From: the human T2T-CHM13v2.0 reference genome, Homo sapiens
Assembly: GCF_009914755.1 (NCBI RefSeq)
Contig: NC_060941.1
Reading direction: 5' to 3' (one strand)
Length of the DNA: 64,000 bases
Shown: positions 1 through 16,218 of the stretch, piece by piece
Layout: every line of letters starts with the position of its first letter
Position numbering within the stretch: the first letter of the stretch is position 1
The notes under the pieces: generated by a model
The model's database searches: none
Seen by the model: only the letters and a program-made list of their open reading frames with translations
Told to the model about the DNA's origin: nothing
Made by a program: the position numbers and the translations under genes

Positions 1-3584
<3,584 letters not shown>

Positions 3585-3632
3585 TTATTTTGCTTGTTAG
3601 TTGATGCAGTTTCTTCCTCGTCTCGATGGTCT

Positions 3633-4650
3633 TTACATTTTGGCACGATTTTGCAGTGGCTGGTACCGGTTGTTCCTTTCCATGTTTAGTGCTTCCTTCA
3701 GGAGTTCTTTTAGGGCAGTCCTGGTGGTGACAAAATCTCTCAGCATTTGCTTGTCTGTAAAGTATTTTATTTCTCCTTCACTTATGAAGCTTAGTTTGGC
3801 TGGACATGAAATTCTGGGTTGAAAATTCTTTTCTTTAAGAATGTTGAATATTGGCCCCCACTCTCTTCTGGCTTGTAGAGTTTCTGCCGAGAGATCAGCT
3901 GTTAGTCTGATGGGCTTCCCTTTGTGGGTAACCCGACCTTTCTCTCTGGCTGCCCTTAACATTTTTTCCTTCATTCCAACTTTGGTTCATCTGACAATTA
4001 TGTGTCTTGGAGTTGCTCTTCTCGAGGAGTATCTTTGTGGCGTTCTCTCTATTTCCTGAATCTGAATGTTGGCCTGCCTTGCTAGATTGGGGAAGTTCTC
4101 CTGGATAATATCCTGCAGAGTGTTTTCCAACTTGGTTCCATTTTCCCCGTCACTTTCAGGTACACCAATCAGACGTAGATTTGGTCTTTTCACATAGTCC
4201 CATATTTCTTGGAGGCTTTGTTCATTTCTTTTTATTCTTTTTTCTCTAAACTTCCCTTCTCACTTCATTTCATTCATTTCATCTTCCATCACTGATACCC
4301 TTTCTTCCAGTTGATCGCATTGGCTACTGAGGCTTCTGCATTCTTCACATAGTTCTCGAGCCTTGGCTTTCAGCTCCATCAGCTCCTTTAATCACTTCTC
4401 TGTATTGGTTATTCTAGTTATACATTCTTCTAAATTTTTTTCAAAGTTTTTAACTTCTTTGCCTTTGGTTTGAATTTCCTCCTGTAGCTTGGAGTAGTTT
4501 GATCATCTGAAGCCTTCTTCTCTCAACTCGTCAAAGTCATTCTCCATCCAGCTTTGTTCCATTGCTGGTGAGGAACTGCGTTCCTTTGGAGGAGGAGAGG
4601 CGCTCTGATTTTTAGAGTTTCCAGTTTTTCTGCTCTGTATTTTTCCCCAT
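3633..4650 (-). pseudogene. L1 ORF1 (RNA-binding/chaperone protein), disrupted
   Basis: ATG at 4650 reads ATGGGGAAAAATACAG (one extra base versus consensus); premature TGA at 3987-3989 after RHIIVR; C-terminal piece keeps REKG and ARR motifs. Span 1018 nt = 1017+1. Confidence 0.93.
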
Positions 4651-5674
4651 CTTTGTGGTTTTATCTACTTTTGGTCTTTGATGATGGTGATGTACAGATG
4701 GGTTTTTGGTGTGGATGTCCTTTCTGTTTGTTAGTTTTCCTTCTAACAGACAGGACCCTCAGCTGCAGGTCTGTTGGAGTTTGCTAGAGGTCCACTCCAG
4801 ACCCTGTTTGCCTGGGTATCAGCAGCGGTGTTTGCAGAACAGCGGTTTTTCGTGAACGGCGAATGCTGCTGTCTGATTGTTCCTCTGGAAGTTTTGTCTC
4901 AGAGGAGTACCCGGCCGTGTGAAGTGTCAGTCTGCCCCTACTGGGGAGTGCCTCCCAGTTAGGCTGCTCAGGGGTCAGGGACCCACTTGAGGAGGCAGTC
5001 TGCCCGTTCTCAGATCTCCAGCTGTGTGCTAGGAGAACCACTGCTCTCTTCAAAGCTGTCAGACAGGGACATTTAAGTCTGCAGAGGTTACTGCTGTCTT
5101 TTTGTTTGTCTGTGCCCTGTCCCCAGAAGTGGAGCCTACAGAGGCAGGCAGGCCTCCTTGAGCTGTGGTGGGCTCCACCCAGTTCAAGCTTCCCGGCTGC
5201 TTTGTTTACCTAAGCAAGCCTGGGCAATGGCGGGCGCCCCTCCCCAGCCTCGCTGCAGCCTTGCAGTTTGATCTCAGACTGCTGTGCTAGCAATCAGCGA
5301 GACTCCGTGGGCGTAGGACCCTCCGAGCCACGTGCGGGATATAATCTCCTGGTGCGCTGTTTTTTAAGCCCGTCGGAAAAGCGCGGTATTTGGGTGGGAG
5401 TGACACGATTTTCCAGGTGCCGTCTGTCACCCCTTTCTTTGACTAGGAAAGGGAACCTCCTGACCCCTTGCGCTTCCCAAATGAGGCAATGCCTAGCCCT
5501 GCTTCGGCTCGCACACAGTGCGCTGCACCCACTGACCTGCGCCCACTGTCTGGCACTCCCTAGTGAGATGAACCCGGTACCTCAGATGGAAATGCAGAAA
5601 TCACCTGTCTTCTGCGTCGTTCATGCTGGGAGCTGTAGACTGGAGCTGTTCCTATTCCGCCATCCTCCTCCTCC
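4651..5674 (-). promoter_or_regulatory. L1 5'UTR: internal sense promoter (minus) and antisense promoter (plus), CpG-rich
   Basis: Homology to primate L1 5'UTR; many CpGs retained 4850-5620. Activity itself not shown by sequence. Confidence 0.8.
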
Positions 5675-5687
5675 ATTTATTTGTTAA
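5227..5687 (+). pseudogene. L1 ORF0 remnant, frameshifted
   Basis: ATG at 5227 gives MAGAPP then shifts (4 C instead of 5) to stop at 5269-5271; the downstream frame ISDCCASNQRDSVGVGPSEP...VTRFSRC matches ORF0. Confidence 0.8.
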
Positions 5688-5795
5688 TTCAACCAATATT
5701 TATGAAGCATCAATGCTCAGGCAGGGGCTGTCCTAGGTGCTGAAATACAGTGTTAACAAGGGTAGATAGAAGTTTTGCCTTCATAGAGGGTACAC
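5675..5795 (-). mobile_element. L2 3'-end fragment adjoining the L1 5' end
   Basis: ttcaaccaatatttatgaagc...ctaggtgctgaaatacag resembles the reverse L2 tail. Confidence 0.65.
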
Positions 5796-6600
5796 TATGA
5801 CACATATGCACATGCCAAATGGTGATCAAAAATGCAATGCCTTGTTAGTAACTCCTTGCTCTATTCCAAGGGCTTTTAAAATACCAAGGTGATAGCCAGG
5901 TGGGTACAGATGTTAAAACATGCCCTGGGCCTCTCTGGGCTCAGTAATTACCTGGTTCTCATATACTGCCTGCCTCTGCTATGGAAATTGATGAGCCAAA
6001 GGCTCTTTTCAGACTGGCAATCCTGTGAACTCCAACTCCACTTGCTTTGTTAGAAAAAGGAACTGAATTTAAAAGGGACAAATGCAGGATTGATTCTGTA
6101 CCTTAAAATATACTTCCCTCACCTCTCTGCTTGGCCCCAGGTCCCCAGGTCACCTAGCCCCCAAGCCCCCATTTGCTGCAGAGAAGATCACTCTCTTCAA
6201 AGACTCATTTCATCCCCTCAGACTCACTCTGATCTTACACCTCTTGAAATCTGCTCTCCCCTTTCTCAGATTCCTTGTGACCTCCACCTGCCTTTTTCTA
6301 ACAGCTCCAGGGCGATGGTCCAGATCACTCTCTGTGCCACTGTTTCAGACAGCCCAGCAGTCGTGGCAGCAGTGTTAATTTATTCATCCCTTAATACCAA
6401 ACAGCTCCTCAGTCAGCTCATTCCCAGCTGTCTTGGTTCCTGCAGGACAATGTTCTGAACTTACTAACCTCACACCTTGGGCCTCTGACCGGAGCCTCAT
6501 CACATCACTGGCATACAGATCACACCACAGTCTGATGGAAGCTTCACAGCACTAGGCCTGACAGATGAGTCACAGCTGGAAGGGTCTTCACAGAGTCCAC

Positions 6601-6803
6601 CAGTGCTATTCAATGAGAGCTCTACTGACATTTTAGGTGGAGGGCTAGGGGGATGTGGTTTCTCTTTGTGTGGAGCTCCCTTGTATGGCAAGGAGACTTA
6701 AGCATCCTTGTCCTTCTTCCCTGAAAATAAATCCCAGGGACAGCCAAACATGTGCCCACACATTCCCAAATGCCCGTAGGAGAGAACAAGTTGAGAAGCA
6801 CAG
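6601..6803 (-). mobile_element. hAT-Charlie MITE, MER20-like, degraded
   Basis: ctactgacatttt...acattcccaaatgccc...gttgagaagcacag follows reverse MER20-type layout with cag/ctg-like termini. Confidence 0.55.
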
Positions 6804-8284
6804 TGCCTATTGTATTTATAAATGAAGGAACTTTTCCAAGGTTACTGAGTAAGTCAGCTGCAGACCTGGTGTTCTGATGGGTGATAGGCTACAGGGTTTA
6901 ATGGGAAGTGCACTGGAGTAAGAATCAGACCTTCTGACAACCATGCCGGTTGTGGTACAGGGGGCTGGGGTTGGGGGTGGGGCAGTTTGAGGAACTCAAA
7001 AGTGTAGAGTTGGAACCAATTATTCAGCCTTCCCTCCATCTGGAAAAGCTACCTTCACAGGTCTGTCTAGCACATACCTTGGAGGAATTAGCATTTGGTT
7101 TCTTCATAAGGTAACTCAACCCAAGAAGGAAAAAGAGTACTTAAGGTGGACTAAGACACCATCCATCTGCTAAACTCTGGCAACTTCCTATAGACCCTCA
7201 GTAATGGGCCACTCCCCACATCCACACTCCCCATTCTGGGCTGGGACCCCAAAAGTACTCAGCCAGAGAGACTATGGGCTCTCCAAATAGGAGGGGTCTT
7301 GGCTACCCAGTCCCCACCTCTTCCGCTTTTATTCCTTATCCATGCCCACTTCTGCCTGTGGGATTTGGAAGGCTCCAGGAGAAAACTTCAGGCTCACCTG
7401 GGAGGAGCTAGCAGTCTTTCCATCTCCCTTGGCATTTGGGTGACATGTAAATACTGGACTAGGGCCAGAAGCTTGAGTTGCTCCATCAGCCTACCTGGTA
7501 CCTTCCAACCTGGGCCTCAGTTCTTCCCACCAAGGGTAGACCTGAAGATGACTGCAGTTCCTTCAATCCTAAAATGTTCTATTCAAGAATATTCTTCAAT
7601 GAGATACCAACTCCAGTCCCTGAAGATCAAGACCCCCTTGGTAACTAATCATCCAGCCCTTGTCCACATTGCCAATCTCAAAACAGACCTGAGATAAAGT
7701 CTCAACCTCTTTGTGCTCCAGTTTGTCTTTTCACATAATCCAATTGTCTGGAACTTCTTAGAGGCCTTATGAAGATGTGATAACCACATCCAGGAGGGAG
7801 CAGTTTATGTAAAAACAAGAGGGGATGAGTGAGTCAAATCTAAATAGCCTCGGGCATTTCTGCCATGTCCCTGGCAAGTGATGATTGAGGCAGGGGGCCT
7901 GTAGGAGGCAGTTCCCCAGGTTTGGGGCTGGTGCCCACAAACTTGAGTGGCAGTAGTTAGGGGTTACCCGGCATCTCCCCATTATGCAGCCAGGAACTGG
8001 GGAGTGGGAGAATCCCTGGCAGCTCTGGCCCATGACAACTTTTCCCAAAGTGCTCCGTGACAGGTCATTGCAGGGAAGGGAGATGATGGATGGTGAGATC
8101 CCACCACCACTTTTCTTTCTCAAGTGGAAAGCACTTGAAAAGAAGTGAATGAGAGAAAGAACATAACAGAACAGGTTTAAGAACATTCACCGAACCAGTC
8201 CATGGCACTATTGAATCAAAGTGAAAATGAGTTGAAGCTGTCATTGAGAGCTTGTCAGTTGACTTCCAAGAGGCAGTTAATACA

Positions 8285-8430
8285 GTGTAAAGAGTATGTA
8301 CAGGCTTTGGAATCAGATTCATATACAGATTGGAATCCCAGTTCTGTATTTTATTAGCTACATGACCTTGAGCAAGGTATTTATTTTGGCCTCAATTTCC
8401 TCATCTGTAGAGACTACAGTAGTGCATGTC
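8285..8430 (+). mobile_element. MIR
   Basis: ggctttggaatcaga...tgaccttgagcaag...tttcctcatctgta core. Confidence 0.8.
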
Positions 8431-8504
8431 TTATATGGATGAAAAGGGAAGACATTAAGGTTTTCCTTTCCCTACTTCCATGGGGGTAGGAGCTTAGAAG
8501 CAGC

Positions 8505-8830
8505 TCAGCGATATACTGTGGCTGTGGCAACAGTGGGGAAGAAAAGAGATGCCAGGAAAGAACTGTGGGCAGAAAATTCTAGGGGTGGTAGTGGATCCCG
8601 GACACCAGGTCTACACCAGTACACCCCCAAAATGAGGTCATGTGCAGTGAGCAGAAGTGTTAAACCTTTTGGCTCCGGGGCCAGTGTCAGGATCAAGAGG
8701 CAATACAGTAGAGGTTTCAGGCAAAGGGCTGGGAGGAACAGCCTCATCAGTGGACAACTGGAAGGCAAAGTGGTATTGGCCAGATGTACTGGTTAAACCA
8801 GTGAGAGGACAGACTGCTGGGGTAGTGATG
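8505..8830. mobile_element. Possible ancient LTR fragment, family unresolved
   Basis: Segment around acacccccaaaatgaggtcatg resembles old mammalian LTRs from memory only. Confidence 0.3.
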
Positions 8831-9159
8831 GGCTCCAGCTCCTTTAACCACAAGGCCACTTTTCTCTGTAGAAAGAAAGTTGGTAGAGTTCAGAATAGCT
8901 TCTGAGTCATTAGAAGTGATTAAGTCCCACCCTTGTCCCTCATGTCCAATGTCATTGTGTTGTGCCAAGGGAGGGCTGAGTGGGAGGGAGAGGGAGCTGG
9001 TCTGGCCCTGTAGGCACCCTATGGGAGCCACCTTGTTTTGCATCTTTGATCAAGGCTTTGGAAAGAGACTCACGTGTGATGCCTGACTTCTAGAGGCAGT
9101 AAAGGGAGGCTAGAAAGTAGACTCTTCCTTTCCCAGTCCACACAATTTGCCTCATTTTA

Positions 9160-9690
9160 GTTTTTAAAATAACTTTTATTATGCAATATTTGAGAAATAT
9201 AAATCACAATACAACTGGCAGCCATCCACCTACCACCCAGATTAGGAAATATAGCTGAAGCCCTCCATGGCTCTCTACATGACAACACTCTCCCCATCCT
9301 TCAGAAATCATCATGATCTGGAATTTAGGCTTTACTGTTCCCATAAATGACTTTATACTTTTATTATGTATTTATTTATCCCTGGACAACATATCGAATT
9401 GTTTTGCATGTTTTCAAACTTTATATCAATGGTATCATAAAATATGCATATTTGTCTGAAGCTTGATTTTTTCCCCTCAACATTAGGTTTGTGTGATTTA
9501 TCTGTGTTGACATATGCAGCTCTGGTTTATTACTTTTCCCTGCTGAAACGTTTATTATTTCAGAACACCACAATTTACTTATTCATTCTTGTTAATAGGT
9601 AATAGAAGCTTTATTTTCCCAAAGTTTTTCTCTTACAAAATGCTGCTGGGAACATTCTCGAGCCTGAGTCCACACACATATGAGGAGATA
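9160..9690 (-). mobile_element. Old L1M (L1ME-type) 3' fragment
   Basis: aactttatatcaatggtatcata, tcaacattaggtttgtgtgatttatc, caccacaatttacttattcattc are typical reverse L1ME 3' motifs. Confidence 0.75.
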
Positions 9691-9989
9691 ATGCCTTTTG
9701 CCCCATTCCTAACTCCTTCACCTTTTCTAGCTCACACCTTTCCCACATCCTGCACCCAAGCCACTCTGTTTGGGCTCCATGCTTAGACTCCTGTGGTCTA
9801 AGCAGTCTCTTGTTTCCCTGAACTGGTTTGGGAATTGCCAACTTGACTTTGCCTTTGGGAACTTTCCCAGGGATTCATATTTCTGTCCTCCAGCCTCAGA
9901 CAAAAAGCGGTGGGTTAGTGACCCACGTCAAGCCCCACAAAGTCCTATGTGACTTGCCTCGGTTGTGCCAACTCCTTCCTGGCTCCCAC

Positions 9990-10115
9990 CTGACCAGACT
10001 GTAAACTCCAAAAGGCAAGAATCGGGACTGACTTATTTCATGCTGTAGCTCCAGTTCAGGCATAGGACCTGATACACTTTGAATATTTGTTGGCTGGATG
10101 ACTGCATGAATTAAT
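9990..10115 (+). mobile_element. L2 3' end
   Basis: agactgtaaactcc...aatatttgttggctggatga. Confidence 0.7.
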
Positions 10116-12090
10116 GCTCTATGGAGAAGGGATGTCAGATGATCAGGATTACAGATGCACTTAACTTGCAATTATCTCTACCTGGATGTCTTCAGTCCCC
10201 CACCATGGGTCCTTGGCCATTCTAGTTAATCTTATCTGGACTCTGGGCCTTTTGTGTGAACTAAGACCACCCGTCACTTGGTGAGGTCTTCTCAGATAGG
10301 CAAAGACATCCAGTCTCTCCCACATAGGATGAACCCTAGGGCCCCTAGTCATTTGGGGGCACAGGAGGGGAACTACTTTCCATTAGTTGGCCTGAGGTAC
10401 TCCTAATGGCGAACCCCTGGAGCCCTTACCCTGTAGAAGGCAGCAGTCCCCTTTGTCTGCTCAGGTTGCTTTTTAATGCAGCGCACATGCTACAACGGAG
10501 GCACCTGATGGTAGAGCCATACCTGAAAGTGGATATTGACAGGAGGAAGAAGAACGAACTATAAAGGGCTCTTGAACAAACAAGTAATAAAGAAACATTC
10601 TGGTGATTGCGGAGAGGTGGGTGGGACTGAGATGCAGACAAGGGAAACCAGGGTCACTCTGGGCAAATAGCAAGTCACAGTAGGACAAAAACCACAGAGA
10701 TGGATAAAGAGGAGTTGCAATCAATCCTTCCACTGGCCCTTACTAATCTGAGACCTTGGCTAGGTCATTTAGCCTTACGTGATAACAGAAAACTACTATG
10801 TGTCCACTACAGCCCATGACTACATGCCTCATATGGCAATTTCTAACTGAATCAGAACATCAACTCAGGGTGCTCAAACTCAGACCTCACAGCCAGACAG
10901 GCTGCATCTCAAGCAGGCACATCTAACTGCTGCAGGATGCTGACTCCTCAATGGATTGTGATCCAGTGTGGTTCTTACAACATCCATGATGGACAGATGA
11001 GGATGATACATGGGAAACCAAGGCACACAGTTACACAGTTAGTGAGGATGCTGCAATTCAAACCCAGGGTGTTCAGTTGGGTTCCACAGCACAAGTCACT
11101 TTGGAGATCATGAAGCAATTGCTCAAGAAAAGGTTATCTAGCTCAACCTTGCAAATTATCTCCAAAGTCCATGAGTCCAAGCCCATCTCACAGGAATTTC
11201 TCCACTGAATCCCCTTTATCTAAGAGCACATTCAAGGAAATTATGGTGTCAATGAATTCATGCATTAGTAAATTTATTTCATAAATATTAAACCCCTACT
11301 GCATGCAAAGCACTGTTCTTGGCTCCACAAATACAGGGAATGAAAAACCATAAAGTCCCTCCTTTTGAGATTCTCATGCTGGAATGTGCAAAGGTCCATA
11401 GCTCAATATAATGCCAAGAAATTTAGCAAGATTGTGCATTAGGAACAACGAGGAAATTTTCTGGAGGAAAGCATATCTGATTGTTCAGTGTCCTAGGTGC
11501 AGCCCATGGGATATGGCCTTGAGCAACTCATAACTCATGTCCCACCCCTGGGTCTTCAGTTTCTCCATATATAAAATGGAAACATTAAACAGGATGATCT
11601 CTTGAGTTCTTCTAGTCCTATTGTTCTCTGGCTCCCATTTCAGGGCTTTTATATATCAGTAGCAATCAAACCCTGGGAGACCATCAGAGGGTAGGGGATA
11701 AAATGTGGCCAGGTGAACAGAGCTCTGGAGCCCCAGGTGGGCACAGTGGATCAGCCTGGCTCGGACTAAGGGAGCTCATGCTGTCAGTCTCTTCAGAACA
11801 AGACTACTCTTGGCCTTTTTCCAGGCACCTGAGGTATAAAGCTGGCAGTGCCATCAAAGACAGGCTGGTGGCTACAATATGAAAGGGTTGATAAATAAAT
11901 TCTTTTTCTCCTTAATAGACAAGCTGGTGGGTTTTATTGTAAGTGGTTTGCACTCAGTGGAGAGCCAGGACTGGCAATGCTGCATCTTTCATCTCCAAAT
12001 ATTAATTAATTTTCCATGATGCTTTATTTTAATCATGAAAAAATGAGATTGGTAGGAACCAGCCAAGGGAAGAGTTGGGGAGAAGCAGGC

Positions 12091-12222
12091 AAATTTTATA
12101 TATATATATATATATATATAATTTTATATATATATAGAGAGAGATATATATATAATTTTATATAGAGATATATAATTTTATATATAGAGAGATATATATA
12201 TAATTTTATATATATATATATA
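12091..12222. repeat. Compound (TA)n/(GA)n repeat with recurring AATTTTA spacers
   Basis: Directly visible. Confidence 0.95.
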
Positions 12223-12319
12223 GTTTTAAAAGCAGCACAGATAATGTAGGGGAAGGCAGTTAGAGATGGGGAGGGTTCATAGACAGAAAGTGAAGGGTTG
12301 GAGGAGAGAAAGGAAACTG

Positions 12320-12520
12320 ATATTTTATAAACACCTACTATGTGGCACTGTACTAGGTTCCTTGCCTATATTATTTCAATCAACCCTGAAACCAATTTGT
12401 ATTACTATACTCATTTTACAGATGAGCAAACTAAAGCTCAGAAAAAGTAGATAACTTTCCCAAGATCAAAATCAAATAAATTGAAAATACAGAATTCTAA
12501 CCGTAGCTTTCTGACTTCAT
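12320..12520 (-). mobile_element. MIR
   Basis: cattttacagatgagcaaactaaagctcaga reverse core. Confidence 0.85.
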
Positions 12521-12539
12521 GTCTCAACCTCTTTCAACA

Positions 12540-13435
<896 letters not shown>

Positions 13436-13872
13436 CTACAGACCTTATGCAAACTCTCTAAACTCATTTTTACTTAGAAGCTCATACAAGATGAGGCTAG
13501 TTTAAATAAGAATAATAATACTCTCTAAGCACACAGAGGAAGGACTTTAGAGAGAAGGACAGCATGGAAGAAAATGTGATCAATATTTTCTGCTCCTTTG
13601 TTATTACCCAATCCATTAGCACATATTGAGGCCTCAGGATATGCCAAGCAGTCTTTTAGACGCTATAAGGATGCTTTTACCTCTTTACCTTCACAAAGCT
13701 TCCAACTAGTTAGAAAAGGAGGGCATACGTTCTTAAAAAGACACCTAGCAATATACATCAGAGAGGCACAGACAAGAAGTAGGATGCAGGAAGAGTAGTT
13801 TGGGTTGGCATAAATAGGAGTGGAGGGGGTGGGAGAGAAGAAGATGGATTATTTACTAGCACATTCTCTACA

Positions 13873-14254
13873 TGTTGTGGGTTGAATAGAGTCCCCCAAA
13901 ACAGACAGGTTGAAATCACAAACCTCAGAATGATCCTATTTGGAAATAAGGTCATTGCAGATCAGTCATTGCAGTCAAGCTAAAGTGAGGTCACACTGGA
14001 GTAGGATGGGCTCCATTTCAATAGGGCTGATATTCTTGTGAGAGAGAAAAAATGGTCATGTGAAGACAAGGCAGAGATTGGAGTTATTTTTAAATTTGTA
14101 CTTCTAATTGTTATATCACTAGTTTTTTTGTGGTTTTTTAAAGATATTTTTTATCATAGTTGGTTGAATCCACAGATATGGAATCCATGATGTGGAACTC
14201 ATGGATACAGAGGCCCAACTATGCTTTATTATGGCAGCCCTAAGAAATTAATAC
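13873..14254 (+). mobile_element. MaLR LTR (MLT1B/C-like) containing a Tigger/MER2-type end (about 14090-14222)
   Basis: tgttgtgggttgaat start, tatttggaaataaggtc, gcagagattggagt, end tatggcagccctaagaaattaatac; insert has ttggttgaatccacagat...ggatacagaggcccaact. Confidence 0.75.
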
Positions 14255-15319
14255 TGTGTATCTCACTTTACCCTCCCCCAAACTGCATGAGGTGGGCATT
14301 TTCAGTTCCATTTTACAGGTCAGGAATCTGAGGCCCCAGAATTAACATGGCAGACCACTCCACCAATATGTGGTGGACCTTTGCTCGGCTGCCCACTATG
14401 GGAGTAGTTCTGGAGGTAAATTTCAAAGGATACATAGGAAATAGAAGTTACCAGATCTGATCATGTGGAGAGCAGGAGAGCTTTACTCCATTTTGTCATG
14501 CATTGCTTTTGTCCCCAAGAGAAGCAAGTGTTTACTGGGTGTCAGGGGCGGGTTTGGAGCTGAAGAAAAATCATGGTTGAATTAGACATGGTTGCCCCTG
14601 AGGAATTCACAGTCCAGCGAGGGAGAAAGATATGTGACCAGACACAATGAGGTGAGCAGCCTGTCACTGTGCAGACAAAGCGCATGGAAGCACAGCCCCT
14701 AGGTACTCACTTATTTTCCTAACCAAGAGACATCTTGACAATAAGGCACCTACTGACTTAACAGCTTGCAGAAAAAGGAAACTTGATGACATCAAGTGAA
14801 CACACCACAGTTCAGACATCAAAATTTTAAATTCCCAATTGAAAAACAACAGCAACAGTAAAATATGGGAAAGTGCACATCTTAGAATCAGGGAAATACT
14901 ATAGCTTTGCCCAGAACAGGGATGGAAGGTTTTCTAAAGATTACAGCACTTGAGTTGAATCTGAAAAATGAGGGCGAATGTGCTCAGGGAAGGGCCCTGG
15001 GAGACAAGTTACTCACAGGCTGGTGATGCTTTTTCCCAGAAAAATCCCCTAACAAAATGTCAGCTCCACAAAAGCAAAGGCTCAGACTGCTTTGATCACT
15101 GCTCTATCTGCAACACCTCAAAGAAAACATAGGAGGCTTTCCGTAACTGTGTGTAGATAGAAAGAATTAGCATCATTAGGGTGAGACTGTATATGAACCA
15201 CACTAAAGGCGACTGGAAGTTTGGCTTGCATCATCTGAACACTCATTTTTTTCTCTTATGAAACCTCTACCCTATACCCATCCAGAAGTGATTTCTGGGA
15301 ATGCACGGTTGGGTAAGAC

Positions 15320-15574
15320 AAACTCTAAGGGTTCTCAGTTGACAGAGGAGATGACTAATAAGTGATTTCCATACCGTGTGATGCCCCGTGATACTGTGTG
15401 ATACATGCTCTGATGGCAGGAACAAGGTGAGGAAAAGCAGGCAAGTTTGGTGGGGGAGGTGACATTCAACAGGGATTTAGAGGACTCTGGAGGATGAGCA
15501 ATAGATTAGCCTGCTAGAGGAAAGAGGGCGATGCTCTAGAAAGAGCAGCAGCTACATTAAGAGAGAAAAGAGAG

Positions 15575-15612
<38 letters not shown>

Positions 15613-16158
15613 AAGAAAGAAAGAAAGAAAGAAAGGAAAGAAAAGAAAGAAAAAAGAAAGAGAGAAAGGAAGGAAGGAGGGAAAAGAAAGAAAGAGGAAA
15701 GAAAAGAAAGGAAGGAAGAAAGAAAGAGAAAGAAAGAAAGGAAAGAAAGAAGGGAGGGAAGAGAGGGAGGGAGGAAAGAAGGAAGGAAGGAAAGAAAGAA
15801 AAAAGAGAAAGAGGAAAAAAGAGAGGAAGGAAGGAAAGAAAGAATGAAAGAAAGAAGAAAAGAAAGAGAAAGAAAGAAAAGAAAGAAAGAGAGAGAAAGG
15901 AAGGAAGGAGGGAAAAGAAGGAAAGAGGAAAGAAGAGAAAGAAAAAGAAAGAAAGAAAGGAAAGAAAGAAGGGAAGGAAGGAAGAGAGGGAGGGAGGAAA
16001 GAAGGAAGGAAAGAAAGAGAAAAAAGAGAGAAAGAGGAAAGAAAGAAAAAGAGAAAGAAAGAAAGAAAAGAGAGGAAGGAAGGAAGGAAAGAAAGAAAGA
16101 AAGAAAAGAAAGAGAAGAAAGAAAGGAAAAAAGAAAGAAAGAAAGAAGGAAAGAAGGA

Positions 16159-16218
<60 letters not shown>

